DNA of 64,000 nucleotides from an uncultured Rickettsiales bacterium (GTDB lineage Bacteria; Pseudomonadota; Alphaproteobacteria; Rickettsiales; RI-342): NCBI GenBank assembly GCA_964435165.1, contig CAYSXY010000003.1, positions 20,111 to 84,110 of the forward strand, read 5' to 3'. Shown piece by piece: positions 55,669 to 64,000 of this stretch (position 1 is its first letter; each line of letters starts with the position of its first letter). The notes under the pieces were generated by a model. It saw only the letters and a program-made list of their open reading frames with translations, ran no database searches and was not told where the DNA came from. The position numbers and the translations under genes were made by a program.

Positions 55669-58194
55669 ATGGGATTGACCATTCATTTTGCCCTGCGTGA
55701 ATTGCGCGGCGGGATTCTTGGGCTTCGACTCATGCTGCTGGCGTTGGCGCTTGGCGTTGCGATGATGGCTGCCATCGGTGTTCTGGCAGATGCGCTCTAT
55801 GCTGGCATCGGCAGTAAAGCGCGCATTCTTAATGGCGGGGATGTTTCGTTCAGTCGGCCTTACATGCCTGCAACCGAAGAAGAGCAGCGTTATTTAAGCG
55901 ACCAGGGAACCTTGTCTCTGGCAATTGAGATGCGCAGTATGGCGGCTGCCGAGCAGGCTGATGGTTCCATGCGTCGGCGATTGATAGAGTTGAAGGCAGT
56001 GGACGGCCTTTATCCGCTGGTGGGGACATTACTGACCGAACCGCCGCTATCCGTTGAGACATTATTCGGCGAACGCGACGGGATGCATGGGGCAGCGGTG
56101 GATCGGGCCGTGCTGCAAGGGTTGAATGTCTCCGTTGGAGAGCGCGTGCGCATCGGCGATAGCTGGCTGGAAGTGCGGGCAGTGATTGCAGAAGAGCCAG
56201 ATCGTGTGGTGAATAATTTTCAGCTTGGGCCGCGTGTGCTGGTGCATGCTGACAGCCTGGCGGAAAGTGGGTTGCTGACGCCCGGTAGTTTAATGACCTA
56301 TCGTTACCGCCTGTTGCTGGAGGACCCCGGACGGGCAGAGGACGTTGCGCAGGCTATCGAGCAACAATTTCCGGATTCCGGGGCGCGCGTGCGGACCGTG
56401 CGCAATGCTGCCCCCAGGCTGGAAGAGAATATCAATCGGTTGGAGCAATTTCTCTCGCTGGTGGCGCTGGCGGTAATGGTCACTGGTGGTATCGGTATGG
56501 CCAATGGTGTGGCGGCATGGCTTGCACGGCGGCAACAGACGATGGCCGTGCTCAAATGTGTTGGCGCAACATCTCGCCAGATCAGTCAGATTTATATGCT
56601 GCAACTTGCCATTCTCGCCATAGCGAGTGTATTGGCGGGGCTGATTGTGGGGGCACTGCTGCCACCGGTTTTAGCGCCGTGGCTGGCAACCGTGCTGCCG
56701 GTGACACCTGAATTTACACTGCACCCAACGACATTGGCGGCATCGGCGGCGTTTGGGTTGTTGATGACATTGCTCTTCGCCCTGCAGCCTATTTATCAAG
56801 CCTGCGCCGTGCGGCCTGCCCGCATTTTTCGTGCGGCGCTGGACGCTGCCCCATTGCCGCGCCTGCCATTGAAAATGTGGCTGCTGCAGGCCATATGTGT
56901 GGCATCTATTCTCTGGCTTGCCTGGGTGTATACCAACAATCTCCGGCTAACGGTCTCTTTTGCGGCCGGTATTGTGCTGGCCATGGTCGTGTTGCTCGTG
57001 GTTGCCGGGTTGATGCGCCGACTGTCGATGGTATTATCGCTGCGCGGTGGGTTGGTGCGGCGCTATGCGGCGCGTAATTTACATCGCCCCGGTGCGCCCA
57101 CACGCCCGGTGATGCTTTCACTCGGTATCGGCCTGGCCTTGCTGGTGGCTTTAGCACTGGTAGAGCGTAATTTCTCCGCCCGCATTGGTGAAGGATTGCC
57201 GGATAACGCACCGGCCTTGTATCTGCTGGATATTCAGCCATCGCAGCTTGTTCCCTTACGTGAGACGGTGATGGACGTGGCCGGACAAGAGGCGTTTAAT
57301 TCTTTTCCGATGCTGCGTGGACGGGTGACGCACATTAACGGTGTGCCCGGTAGTGAACTGACGCCTCCCTCACAGGTGGCCTGGGTGTTACGTGGTGATC
57401 GGGGCTTTACATTCGCCCGCCAAGCTCCCGACTATAATGCCATGGTGGAAGGCGAATGGTGGTCGGAAGATTATACCGGCGAGCCGCTCGTCTCGCTGGA
57501 GCGAAAGATTGCGGAAGGGTTTGGCCTGGCGATTGGCGACAGTATTTCCGTAAATATTCTGGGCAAGCCCGTGACAGCGCGTATTGCCAATATACGCGAG
57601 TTGGACTGGACAACCTACCAGCTCAACTTTGCCTTTATTTTCAGCCCCGGCGTGTTTGACGGGTTGCCCTACACGGTGCTGGCGAGTGTCGATGTAGCGG
57701 CGGATCAGGAATATGCGCTGGCGGATCGGTTGCATGGCGAATTCAGCAATATCTCGGTAATTCATTTGCGAGAAGTGTTGAAGCAGGCAGGCACAGTGAT
57801 GAGCGATATTGCCATGGCTGTGCGGGTAGTTTCATCAATGGCGATTTTTATGGGGGTGATGGTGATGGCAGTGGCGCTTGGCGCGAACCTGTCGCGGCGA
57901 ACTTTAGAGCTGACGGTGTTGAAAGTGCTGGGGGCAACGCGGCGAATGCAATTTGCCGTACTGGGGATGGAATTTGCCTTGCTCGGTGTAGTGACGGCCC
58001 TGGCTGCGGCCGGCGCCGGTGCATTGGCTGCCTGGGCAGTGATGGTGTTTATTATCCGCAGTCCTTACGAGTTTTATGGCGGGGTGCTTGGCATCACCGT
58101 TGTTATGGGTATGGCAGTGGCCGTGCTGCTCGGCCTGATAGCCACCTGGCGGGCGCTGGGAGTGAGGCCATTATCGATGTTACGTAATGAATAA
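55669..58194 (+). CDS. ABC transporter permease, double FtsX-like module (YbbP-like)
   Basis: ~840 aa with two MacB/FtsX-type 4-TM modules. Shows the conserved tesA-ybbA-ybbP-type arrangement. Start at the ATG at 55669. Confidence 0.8.
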   Translation: MGLTIHFALRELRGGILGLRLMLLALALGVAMMAAIGVLADALYAGIGSKARILNGGDVSFSRPYMPATEEEQRYLSDQGTLSLAIEMRSMAAAEQADGSMRRRLIELKAVDGLYPLVGTLLTEPPLSVETLFGERDGMHGAAVDRAVLQGLNVSVGERVRIGDSWLEVRAVIAEEPDRVVNNFQLGPRVLVHADSLAESGLLTPGSLMTYRYRLLLEDPGRAEDVAQAIEQQFPDSGARVRTVRNAAPRLEENINRLEQFLSLVALAVMVTGGIGMANGVAAWLARRQQTMAVLKCVGATSRQISQIYMLQLAILAIASVLAGLIVGALLPPVLAPWLATVLPVTPEFTLHPTTLAASAAFGLLMTLLFALQPIYQACAVRPARIFRAALDAAPLPRLPLKMWLLQAICVASILWLAWVYTNNLRLTVSFAAGIVLAMVVLLVVAGLMRRLSMVLSLRGGLVRRYAARNLHRPGAPTRPVMLSLGIGLALLVALALVERNFSARIGEGLPDNAPALYLLDIQPSQLVPLRETVMDVAGQEAFNSFPMLRGRVTHINGVPGSELTPPSQVAWVLRGDRGFTFARQAPDYNAMVEGEWWSEDYTGEPLVSLERKIAEGFGLAIGDSISVNILGKPVTARIANIRELDWTTYQLNFAFIFSPGVFDGLPYTVLASVDVAADQEYALADRLHGEFSNISVIHLREVLKQAGTVMSDIAMAVRVVSSMAIFMGVMVMAVALGANLSRRTLELTVLKVLGATRRMQFAVLGMEFALLGVVTALAAAGAGALAAWAVMVFIIRSPYEFYGGVLGITVVMGMAVAVLLGLIATWRALGVRPLSMLRNE

Positions 58195-58203
58195 GGAGTG
58201 AGC

Positions 58204-58770
58204 ATGATGAAACCGATACGGACGGTATTTTCTTTTTTAACGGCGCTGTACTGGGCATATATTCCGCAGGCGCATGCGGCGGATATGAGCGGCCAATCGG
58301 CGCATGATTTTGTCTTTCCTGCCATTGATGGTGGCGAACTTCCGCTGGAGCAATATAGCGGTAAAGCGGTGCTGGTGGTTAATGTGGCGTCGCAATGTGG
58401 TTTTACACCACAATATAAAGGGCTGCAGGAGTTGACGGAGATGTATGGCTCGCGCGGGTTGGTGGTGCTTGGGGTGCCGTCCAATGATTTTGGCGGTCAG
58501 GAGCCGGGTGGTAATGACCAAATCAAAGCCTTTGCCACGCAGGAATTTCAGGTTACTTTTCCCATGACGGCCAAGCAACGTGTGGTGGGGAAGGAAGCTC
58601 ACCCTTTTTATCACTGGGCAAAGGCGGAGATTGGCTCGTCACCCCTCTGGAATTTCCATAAATATCTGGTCGCACCGGATGGCCGTGTGGTCGATTATTT
58701 CTCGTCATTTACCTCGCCGACATCGGATTCGGTCAAAGCCGCCATTGAGCAGCATCTGCCGGAAGGTTAA
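58204..58770 (+). CDS. glutathione peroxidase (Cys type, exported)
   Basis: 'VLVVNVASQCGFTPQY', 'LGVPSNDFGGQEPG', 'WNFHKYLV'. Start at the ATG at 58204, after AAGGAG. Confidence 0.9.
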   Translation: MMKPIRTVFSFLTALYWAYIPQAHAADMSGQSAHDFVFPAIDGGELPLEQYSGKAVLVVNVASQCGFTPQYKGLQELTEMYGSRGLVVLGVPSNDFGGQEPGGNDQIKAFATQEFQVTFPMTAKQRVVGKEAHPFYHWAKAEIGSSPLWNFHKYLVAPDGRVVDYFSSFTSPTSDSVKAAIEQHLPEG

Positions 58771-58791
58771 TCAGTCGGCAACACTATGCAG

Positions 58792-59547
58792 TTACATGCG
58801 TTTGGCGAGGCGGAAATAAAGGCCGTAGGGCATCAGCCTCAGTAGTTTGAGTATGCGGGTAAAGCGTTTGGGAAAGTGGATTTCAAAACCGCTCTGCTTC
58901 AGCCCATTGGCAATCGCTTTGGCCGCAGCTTCCGGTGTTTGAATAGCGGGCATGGTAAAGTCATTTTTGGCGGTCAGTCGTGTTTCCACAAAACCAGGAT
59001 TGATGAGTTTAACATCGATATTGTCTGTTGCGAGTTCAGCTTTCAGGCTTTCCGTATAATTAATAAGCCCGGCTTTGGATGCGCTATAGGGCTGACCTTC
59101 CGGCAGGCCGACATAACCGGCGACACTGGCAGTGATGGCAATTTGACCACGGCCATGATTCTGCATCCACGGCAGGATGGCATGAACAACGCGCATCGGC
59201 CCAACCAGATTAATATCAATGAGTGTGGCGGCTTTGTCGATATCGATCGTTGCAATGGGCGACGGATCATAAATTGCAGCCAAAATAATGACCCGATCCA
59301 ACTGGTGCCATGCCTGTTCCAATGTCTCGACGGCTTGATGTAATGCCTCCATCTTGCCGATATCGACCGGCAGGATGCGATGATCGGTGCCGTGCAGTGT
59401 GGATGCGACCTGCTGCAATGTCTCTTCCGAACGGGCAGACAGGCAGAGCCGCGCGCCTTGCTGTGCTAATCGCTCGGCCAGGGCACGGCCAATGCCCTCG
59501 CTGGCACCGATAATCCAGATATGTTCTCCCGCAAAGCGCTGACTCAT
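58792..59547 (-). CDS. SDR-family oxidoreductase
   Basis: 'IIGASEGIGRALA' and the catalytic 'YSASKAG'. Overlaps the MFS gene by 4 nt. Confidence 0.85.
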   Translation of the reverse strand: MSQRFAGEHIWIIGASEGIGRALAERLAQQGARLCLSARSEETLQQVASTLHGTDHRILPVDIGKMEALHQAVETLEQAWHQLDRVIILAAIYDPSPIATIDIDKAATLIDINLVGPMRVVHAILPWMQNHGRGQIAITASVAGYVGLPEGQPYSASKAGLINYTESLKAELATDNIDVKLINPGFVETRLTAKNDFTMPAIQTPEAAAKAIANGLKQSGFEIHFPKRFTRILKLLRLMPYGLYFRLAKRM

Positions 59548-60824
59548 GAGCCATCCTCCAGGTCAATACGCCATAGCCATAGCACGGTGGCGGTTTTGAG
59601 CAAGCAGGGCAGCAATGCGTAGGCGGTGGAGAGTGCCAGCAGTGACTGATGTGTTTGTTCCGGCAGTGCCGGGTTGTAGCCGAAGATGGCCAGTGCCGGC
59701 AGACCCAGCCCGGCTGCCAGTGCCAGTGCTGACTTGCCGAGCAGCCCCATGACGCCGAAATAACGCCCGGTGGCGATGCCTGTGCCTTTATGTTTGTCAA
59801 TCAGGTCCGCCAGAATGGAAGGAGGCAGGGCCAAATCTGCGCCGAGGCAAAGCCCCGTGACGATGCAGACGATCAGGTAGGCGGTGATATCGCCACTGCC
59901 GAGCATAAATGCCCAGATAAAGCCAATGATGCTTAGAATCATTGAGAATTGCCAGCTTTGGCGCTTGCCAAACCGTCGGCTGCAATATTGCCAGAGCGGC
60001 ATGCCCATGGCGCCGCTGAGAAAATACGCCGCAAGGAATGCCCCGGCATAGGCATTGGCATCCAGTCGGTCGTCAATAAAGAACAGTACCAGTGTCGCCG
60101 GCAGCGAGGCGGCGAGGCAGTTAAGCAGGAAAATACCATAAAAACGACGCGCGAGCGGATTAAGTAGCGGCGCATAAAACATATACCATTTGTCATGGGT
60201 TGGCGGGGCACTTACTTGTTCCGGCACTGGCGTGGCGCGCCAGAAGCTGAAACCAATGGCAATGAATAGGATGGCGAAGCCGGTGGTGAAATAATGGAAG
60301 GCCAGTTCCATACCGTAGCGCTGTTCGAGTATGGTGGGGATGGCGGCAGCCAGTACGACGCCAAGCAAGGTGAAACTCTCACGCCAACTGGTGACGCGGG
60401 TGCGTTCATGGTAATCTTGTGAGAGTTCGGCGCCTAGCGACGCATAATTCACCATGATGATACTGAACAGAAAGGTGCTGAGCAGCAGAATCAAGGCAAA
60501 ATACCATGAGGTCGCTGTCGGTGTGCCGTCCGGCGGGTGGAACAGGGCATAGAAGACAACGGACAGTGCCAGAGCAGAGATGGCAATGACTCGCACACGT
60601 TGATGCGGGCGGTGGCAATAGCGGTCGCATAGCGAGCCGATAATCGGGTCCTGCACGGCATCAAAGGCGCGCACCAGAAGCAACATCAATCCCAGTGCAG
60701 CGATGCCGAGGCCTGTCGTATCCGTATAAAATTTGGGGGCATGGAGATAGAGCGGGAGCCCTGCGAAAGCGAGAGGCAATGCCAGAATAGCGTAAGCTGT
60801 CAACTCGCGGCGGGTAAGTTGCAC
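59544..60824 (-). CDS. MFS transporter (GPH-like)
   Basis: 12 predicted TM segments and 'VRAFDAVQDPIIGSLCDR', a typical GPH/MFS loop. Confidence 0.7.
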   Translation of the reverse strand: MQLTRRELTAYAILALPLAFAGLPLYLHAPKFYTDTTGLGIAALGLMLLLVRAFDAVQDPIIGSLCDRYCHRPHQRVRVIAISALALSVVFYALFHPPDGTPTATSWYFALILLLSTFLFSIIMVNYASLGAELSQDYHERTRVTSWRESFTLLGVVLAAAIPTILEQRYGMELAFHYFTTGFAILFIAIGFSFWRATPVPEQVSAPPTHDKWYMFYAPLLNPLARRFYGIFLLNCLAASLPATLVLFFIDDRLDANAYAGAFLAAYFLSGAMGMPLWQYCSRRFGKRQSWQFSMILSIIGFIWAFMLGSGDITAYLIVCIVTGLCLGADLALPPSILADLIDKHKGTGIATGRYFGVMGLLGKSALALAAGLGLPALAIFGYNPALPEQTHQSLLALSTAYALLPCLLKTATVLWLWRIDLEDGS

Positions 60825-60827
60825 GGG

Positions 60828-61352
60828 TTATTGGCGTCCCAGCAATTGCTGGCGCAATGATGGTTCCGATGTGCGTTCAGACAGCCAGATACGAAAGAAT
60901 GCCCGTGCTAACTCAGGATTGGAAATTCGGCTGACCTCTACACTGTTTTTATAGAAGACCGCCCCCTCTTCCGGCAGGTAGATGCCCGTCAGCGTGTCAC
61001 CGTCTGAGACATTGGGAAATAAAGTGAAGACATCGTCACGCCATGCTGATTGATTTTCCTGACTGATGCCGATATGCGCCAACTCATCCATGGTGCGATC
61101 GGCAATATCCTCTCCCTTCAAATCAAGTTGGTAGGCCAATTGCAGTGCAAAGGGCGCCTCTTCGGACCATTGATTTCCACCTGCCCACAAGCGGGCATCA
61201 TACACATCCATCCATAAAAAACTCAGCGTGCCTTTGCCAATCAGTGTCGGGTTTTCAACATATCCCGTAATGTACTCAGGTGCCGGCTCGGCGCGCAGTG
61301 GCAAGGCCGGAAGGAACAAGATCAGGGTGAGTGTAAGCAGCAGGCGGCGCAT
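60828..61352 (-). CDS. chalcone-isomerase-like family protein (exported)
   Basis: Signal peptide, then 'GKGTLSFLWMDVYDARLW', 'GDTLTGIYLPEEGAVFY', 'ELARAFFRIWLS'. Confidence 0.7.
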   Translation of the reverse strand: MRRLLLTLTLILFLPALPLRAEPAPEYITGYVENPTLIGKGTLSFLWMDVYDARLWAGGNQWSEEAPFALQLAYQLDLKGEDIADRTMDELAHIGISQENQSAWRDDVFTLFPNVSDGDTLTGIYLPEEGAVFYKNSVEVSRISNPELARAFFRIWLSERTSEPSLRQQLLGRQ

Positions 61353-62662
61353 CAGTCATGCCTCAGTTCAAATTGCATCACATCGGTACGGCCGGAGAGG
61401 AATCCAGCCATGCAAAAGGCCAGATAAAAATGCCATAAGCGTTGAAAGCGCTCATCATATCCTTGTGAAGCCAATGAGTCGGTTATTTTTTCAACCTCTG
61501 AGAGCCAGTATTTTAAGGTGTAAGCGTAGTGCCGACCAAAGGCAAAACCATGCCGCACAGACAGGCCAGCACGATGTGCTTTCTGGGTAAAGACGGAAGG
61601 TGACGGTAGCATACCGCCGGGAAAAATATATTCACGAATCATATCGCTGCGTTTGCGATAGTGGCGAAAGATCGTATCATCAATGGTAATCGTTTGAATC
61701 ATGGCCGTGCCGTGTGGTGCAAGCAGGCGCTTGATTTGCTTGAAATAACCGGGCCAGTAACGCTCGCCAACCGCTTCGAACATCTCAATCGAGACAATCG
61801 CGTCATACTGCCCGGTGGTTTCGCGGTAATCCTGTTCACGAATCTCAACCTCACCGCGGTTAATGTGCGATGCGAGGCGAGCACGGGCAAAGGCAGCCTG
61901 CGCCGGAGAGATGGTCAGGCAGGTGAGGCGGTGGCCGCGCTCTATCGCGCGCTCTGCAAATCCACCCCAGCCGCAACCGATTTCGAGGATGTGCTGTGGT
62001 CTGTCACCAATCCGGTCCAGCATGCGGTCATACTTAGCATGTTGTGCGGCGAGCAGATCGTCCGTTGGCTCATCTTGCAGCATGGTCGTGTCATCCGGCA
62101 CGTGATCAAAGAGTGCGGCGGAGTATGTCATGCTTGGATCGAGCCACTGGCTGTAAAATGTATTACCGAGATCATAATGCGCCATGATATTGCGCTTACT
62201 GCCGACACGCGAGTTGGGGCGCGTGATATGGCGCAGCCAATGGACAATACGCCAGCCGAGCTTGCCGTGAAAATAGGCCTCCAGGCACTCGGCGTTAAGC
62301 ACGGCAAGCGTTAATAAGGCCGGTAGGTTGTCGCTGTCCCATTGTCCAAGGCGATAACTTTCTGCCAGGGCGATATCGCCACCTTTGACCATGCCATCGA
62401 TGACCGACCAGTCATGCAGAATGAATTGCGCCTGTGGCCCATCATCCGGGCCTTGCACTGTATGGTGCAACCCTTCCGGTGTGATAATGGTCATCCGCCC
62501 AAAACGCAGATGATTCAGGGATGAGAGGAAGGCACGTGTAGTGAGGGAAAGCGTGGACGGAAATTCTGTTACCGTATTTAGGGCCGGGCGCTGGGGCGTG
62601 CTATGGTGATGGGGCGATTCGGCGGCATCGGTTTGCGGCGAAACCCTGCCTTGGCCAGCCAT
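61352..62662 (-). CDS. cyclopropane-fatty-acyl-phospholipid synthase family SAM methyltransferase
   Basis: 'NIMAHYDLGNTFY', SAM motif 'ILEIGCGWGGFA', 'SIEMFEAVG'. The start is uncertain: ATG 62662 or 62734, both overlapping the DUF1365 gene. Confidence 0.85.
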   Translation of the reverse strand: MAGQGRVSPQTDAAESPHHHSTPQRPALNTVTEFPSTLSLTTRAFLSSLNHLRFGRMTIITPEGLHHTVQGPDDGPQAQFILHDWSVIDGMVKGGDIALAESYRLGQWDSDNLPALLTLAVLNAECLEAYFHGKLGWRIVHWLRHITRPNSRVGSKRNIMAHYDLGNTFYSQWLDPSMTYSAALFDHVPDDTTMLQDEPTDDLLAAQHAKYDRMLDRIGDRPQHILEIGCGWGGFAERAIERGHRLTCLTISPAQAAFARARLASHINRGEVEIREQDYRETTGQYDAIVSIEMFEAVGERYWPGYFKQIKRLLAPHGTAMIQTITIDDTIFRHYRKRSDMIREYIFPGGMLPSPSVFTQKAHRAGLSVRHGFAFGRHYAYTLKYWLSEVEKITDSLASQGYDERFQRLWHFYLAFCMAGFLSGRTDVMQFELRHD

Positions 62663-63369
62663 AGTTTGAGTGCTTGCCAGTGAATCATGCTGATGATTTT
62701 GACGGCGAGAAGCGGATGTCGGCTCCAAACCCATAATAATACCCCTTTCGTCGCCTGTCGCGTCTGTCCATTAATGCAAGTTAGAAGCATTCTATCTTCT
62801 TTGTCGTGATAATCAATCCAAACCGACAGTGTGCATGTATCTTTCTTATCGTGCGGCAGGGCAAAGCGAAAGCGGTAAGTGCCGACGACATCTAAAAAAG
62901 GAGAGACGTGGAAGTATTTCTCTGCTTCGAACCAGTCATCCGGCCCGATTGGGCGCTGATCCGGATGATAAATCAGATAGCTGTGTGTCTCGCCAAAGGT
63001 GTTGTTGACTTCGGCAAGCACGGCGCGCAGCCTTTCCTGCTTGTCGAAGCAAAAATAAAAACTGACCGGGTTAAACACATAGCCGAGAATGCGTGGAAAG
63101 CACATCAGCCAAATCTCACCGTCAGCATGGTCAAGCTGATGTTCTCTCAGAATCTTTTGTATCCATTGCCGAATATTGCTGCCGTCGCGTGGGCCATGGT
63201 CACCTTCATGCACGGCGAGTAGATTGAATCGATTGATGCTGAATATACCCTGGCCGGATTCGTACAGATGACTCAGTGGAAGCAGCATGTAAAACACCTT
63301 GTAACGGAAAGCATGTTCTTTCGGGCGCAGGCGTTTATGGAAGACATTGGCGGTGACAAGCTTAGCCAC
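62578..63369 (-). CDS. DUF1365 family protein
   Basis: 'VFHKRLRPKEHAFRYKVFYMLLPL' and 'LMCFPRILGYVFNPVSFYFC'. The GTG at 63369 overlaps the upstream stop by 8 nt. Confidence 0.65.
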   Translation of the reverse strand: MAKLVTANVFHKRLRPKEHAFRYKVFYMLLPLSHLYESGQGIFSINRFNLLAVHEGDHGPRDGSNIRQWIQKILREHQLDHADGEIWLMCFPRILGYVFNPVSFYFCFDKQERLRAVLAEVNNTFGETHSYLIYHPDQRPIGPDDWFEAEKYFHVSPFLDVVGTYRFRFALPHDKKDTCTLSVWIDYHDKEDRMLLTCINGQTRQATKGVLLWVWSRHPLLAVKIISMIHWQALKLWLAKAGFRRKPMPPNRPITIARPSARP

Positions 63370-64000
63370 GATCCCACCATGGAATGGTTGCTCCAATCTT
63401 GGTGGCGACGTTGAAGCCTGAGAGCAGCCCGTCTTCATGGAAGCCGTAGCGCTGGTAAGCTCCGGCAAACCACAGGCGGCGCTGGCCCTGGATATCTTTG
63501 ATCCGCTCCTGCGCGTCGATTGCACCAAGCGTGAATTGAGGGTGGTGGTAAGTGTAGCGGCCAATGACATGGCGTTCCAATGGTTGCTGCACCGGGTTGA
63601 GGGTGACGAATACGGGGTGCTGCTTCGGCAAATTTTGCAAGCGGTTCATCCAGTAAGTGAGGCAGACTTTATCCTCGCCAGCTTCGGATTCCATTAATAC
63701 ATTCCAACTGGCCCAGGCGCGCTTACGAAGTGGCATCAGGCCGCTATCGGTATGCAGCACGGCTTCATTGGCCTGATAGTGAAACTGGCCCAGTATGTCA
63801 CGTTCCTGTTCCGTTGGCTCGACAATCATGGCCAGTGCTTCATCGGCATGAGCGGCAATAACAACGTGATCGAAGCTGTAGCGCTGGCCGTCAGCGGTAA
63901 TGACGGCTACCCCGGTAGCGCCGGGTGCGACCTGAGTGACGGGTGCGTTGCTGACAATCTGGCCGGCAAAACTGGTGATGAGTCGTTGGACATATTCCCG
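63362..64000 (-). CDS. NAD(P)/FAD-dependent oxidoreductase (amine-oxidase-like), 5' end outside the window
   Basis: The frame stays open to the window edge ('...FDHVVIAAHADEALAMIV..', 'WFAGAYQRYGFHEDG'). First gene of the cfa/DUF1365 operon. Confidence 0.65.
   Translation of the reverse strand, partial: REYVQRLITSFAGQIVSNAPVTQVAPGATGVAVITADGQRYSFDHVVIAAHADEALAMIVEPTEQERDILGQFHYQANEAVLHTDSGLMPLRKRAWASWNVLMESEAGEDKVCLTYWMNRLQNLPKQHPVFVTLNPVQQPLERHVIGRYTYHHPQFTLGAIDAQERIKDIQGQRRLWFAGAYQRYGFHEDGLLSGFNVATKIGATIPWWDRG

Noticed and set aside
59267-59800. 177-aa minus-strand ORF bridging the SDR and MFS genes
   Set aside because: It is out of frame with both motif-supported genes, and its W/C/R/H-rich composition is not protein-like.

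Overview
This is a 64-kb chromosomal segment whose gene content and synteny look alphaproteobacterial. Supporting genes include HdaA, the NDUFA12-like/MlaD/DUF2155 trio, a bactofilin-M23 pair, RlmE with an N-terminal extension, PurN/PurM, Ppk/Ppx, AspS, GuaB, MutY and ThiSG. I count about 60 protein genes and two tRNA-Gly genes (CCC and GCC). I found no rRNA, no CRISPR array, and no transposase, integrase or relaxase ORF. Most of the window is ordinary housekeeping. The accessory block is a ~13-kb VirB/VirD4 type IV secretion locus on the minus strand (36788 down to 23622). Its order is virB2, virB2, virB4, virB6, virB8, virB9, virB10, virB11, virD4, and I cannot find virB1, virB3, virB5 or virB7. 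The most unusual object is the coupling protein VirD4, which is 1400 aa. A normal ~565-aa TraG/VirD4 module is followed in the same ORF by an ~835-aa K/P/A/T/Q/D/E-rich tail. That tail carries 6 strict and 3 degenerate copies of a 13-aa module, [NT]PFDLPPIPPKKK. The module overlaps eukaryote-type NPF (EH-domain), LPPIP (EVH1) and PxxPxK (SH3) ligand patterns, and it is conserved at the peptide level but not the DNA level. Other non-standard items are listed below. (1) A ~145-bp highly structured repeat occurs in three near-identical copies, always between convergent genes, and one copy donates the last codons and stop of mutY. (2) A 157-bp element with 22-bp terminal inverted repeats sits at the T4SS boundary and shares a 36-nt core with a tRNA-Gly-derived fragment beside tRNA-Gly(CCC). 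(3) A three-gene orphan operon lies next to that tRNA. (4) Two orphan proteins are possible effector candidates. All function calls come from motif recognition by eye. No database search, GC computation or RNA folding could be run.
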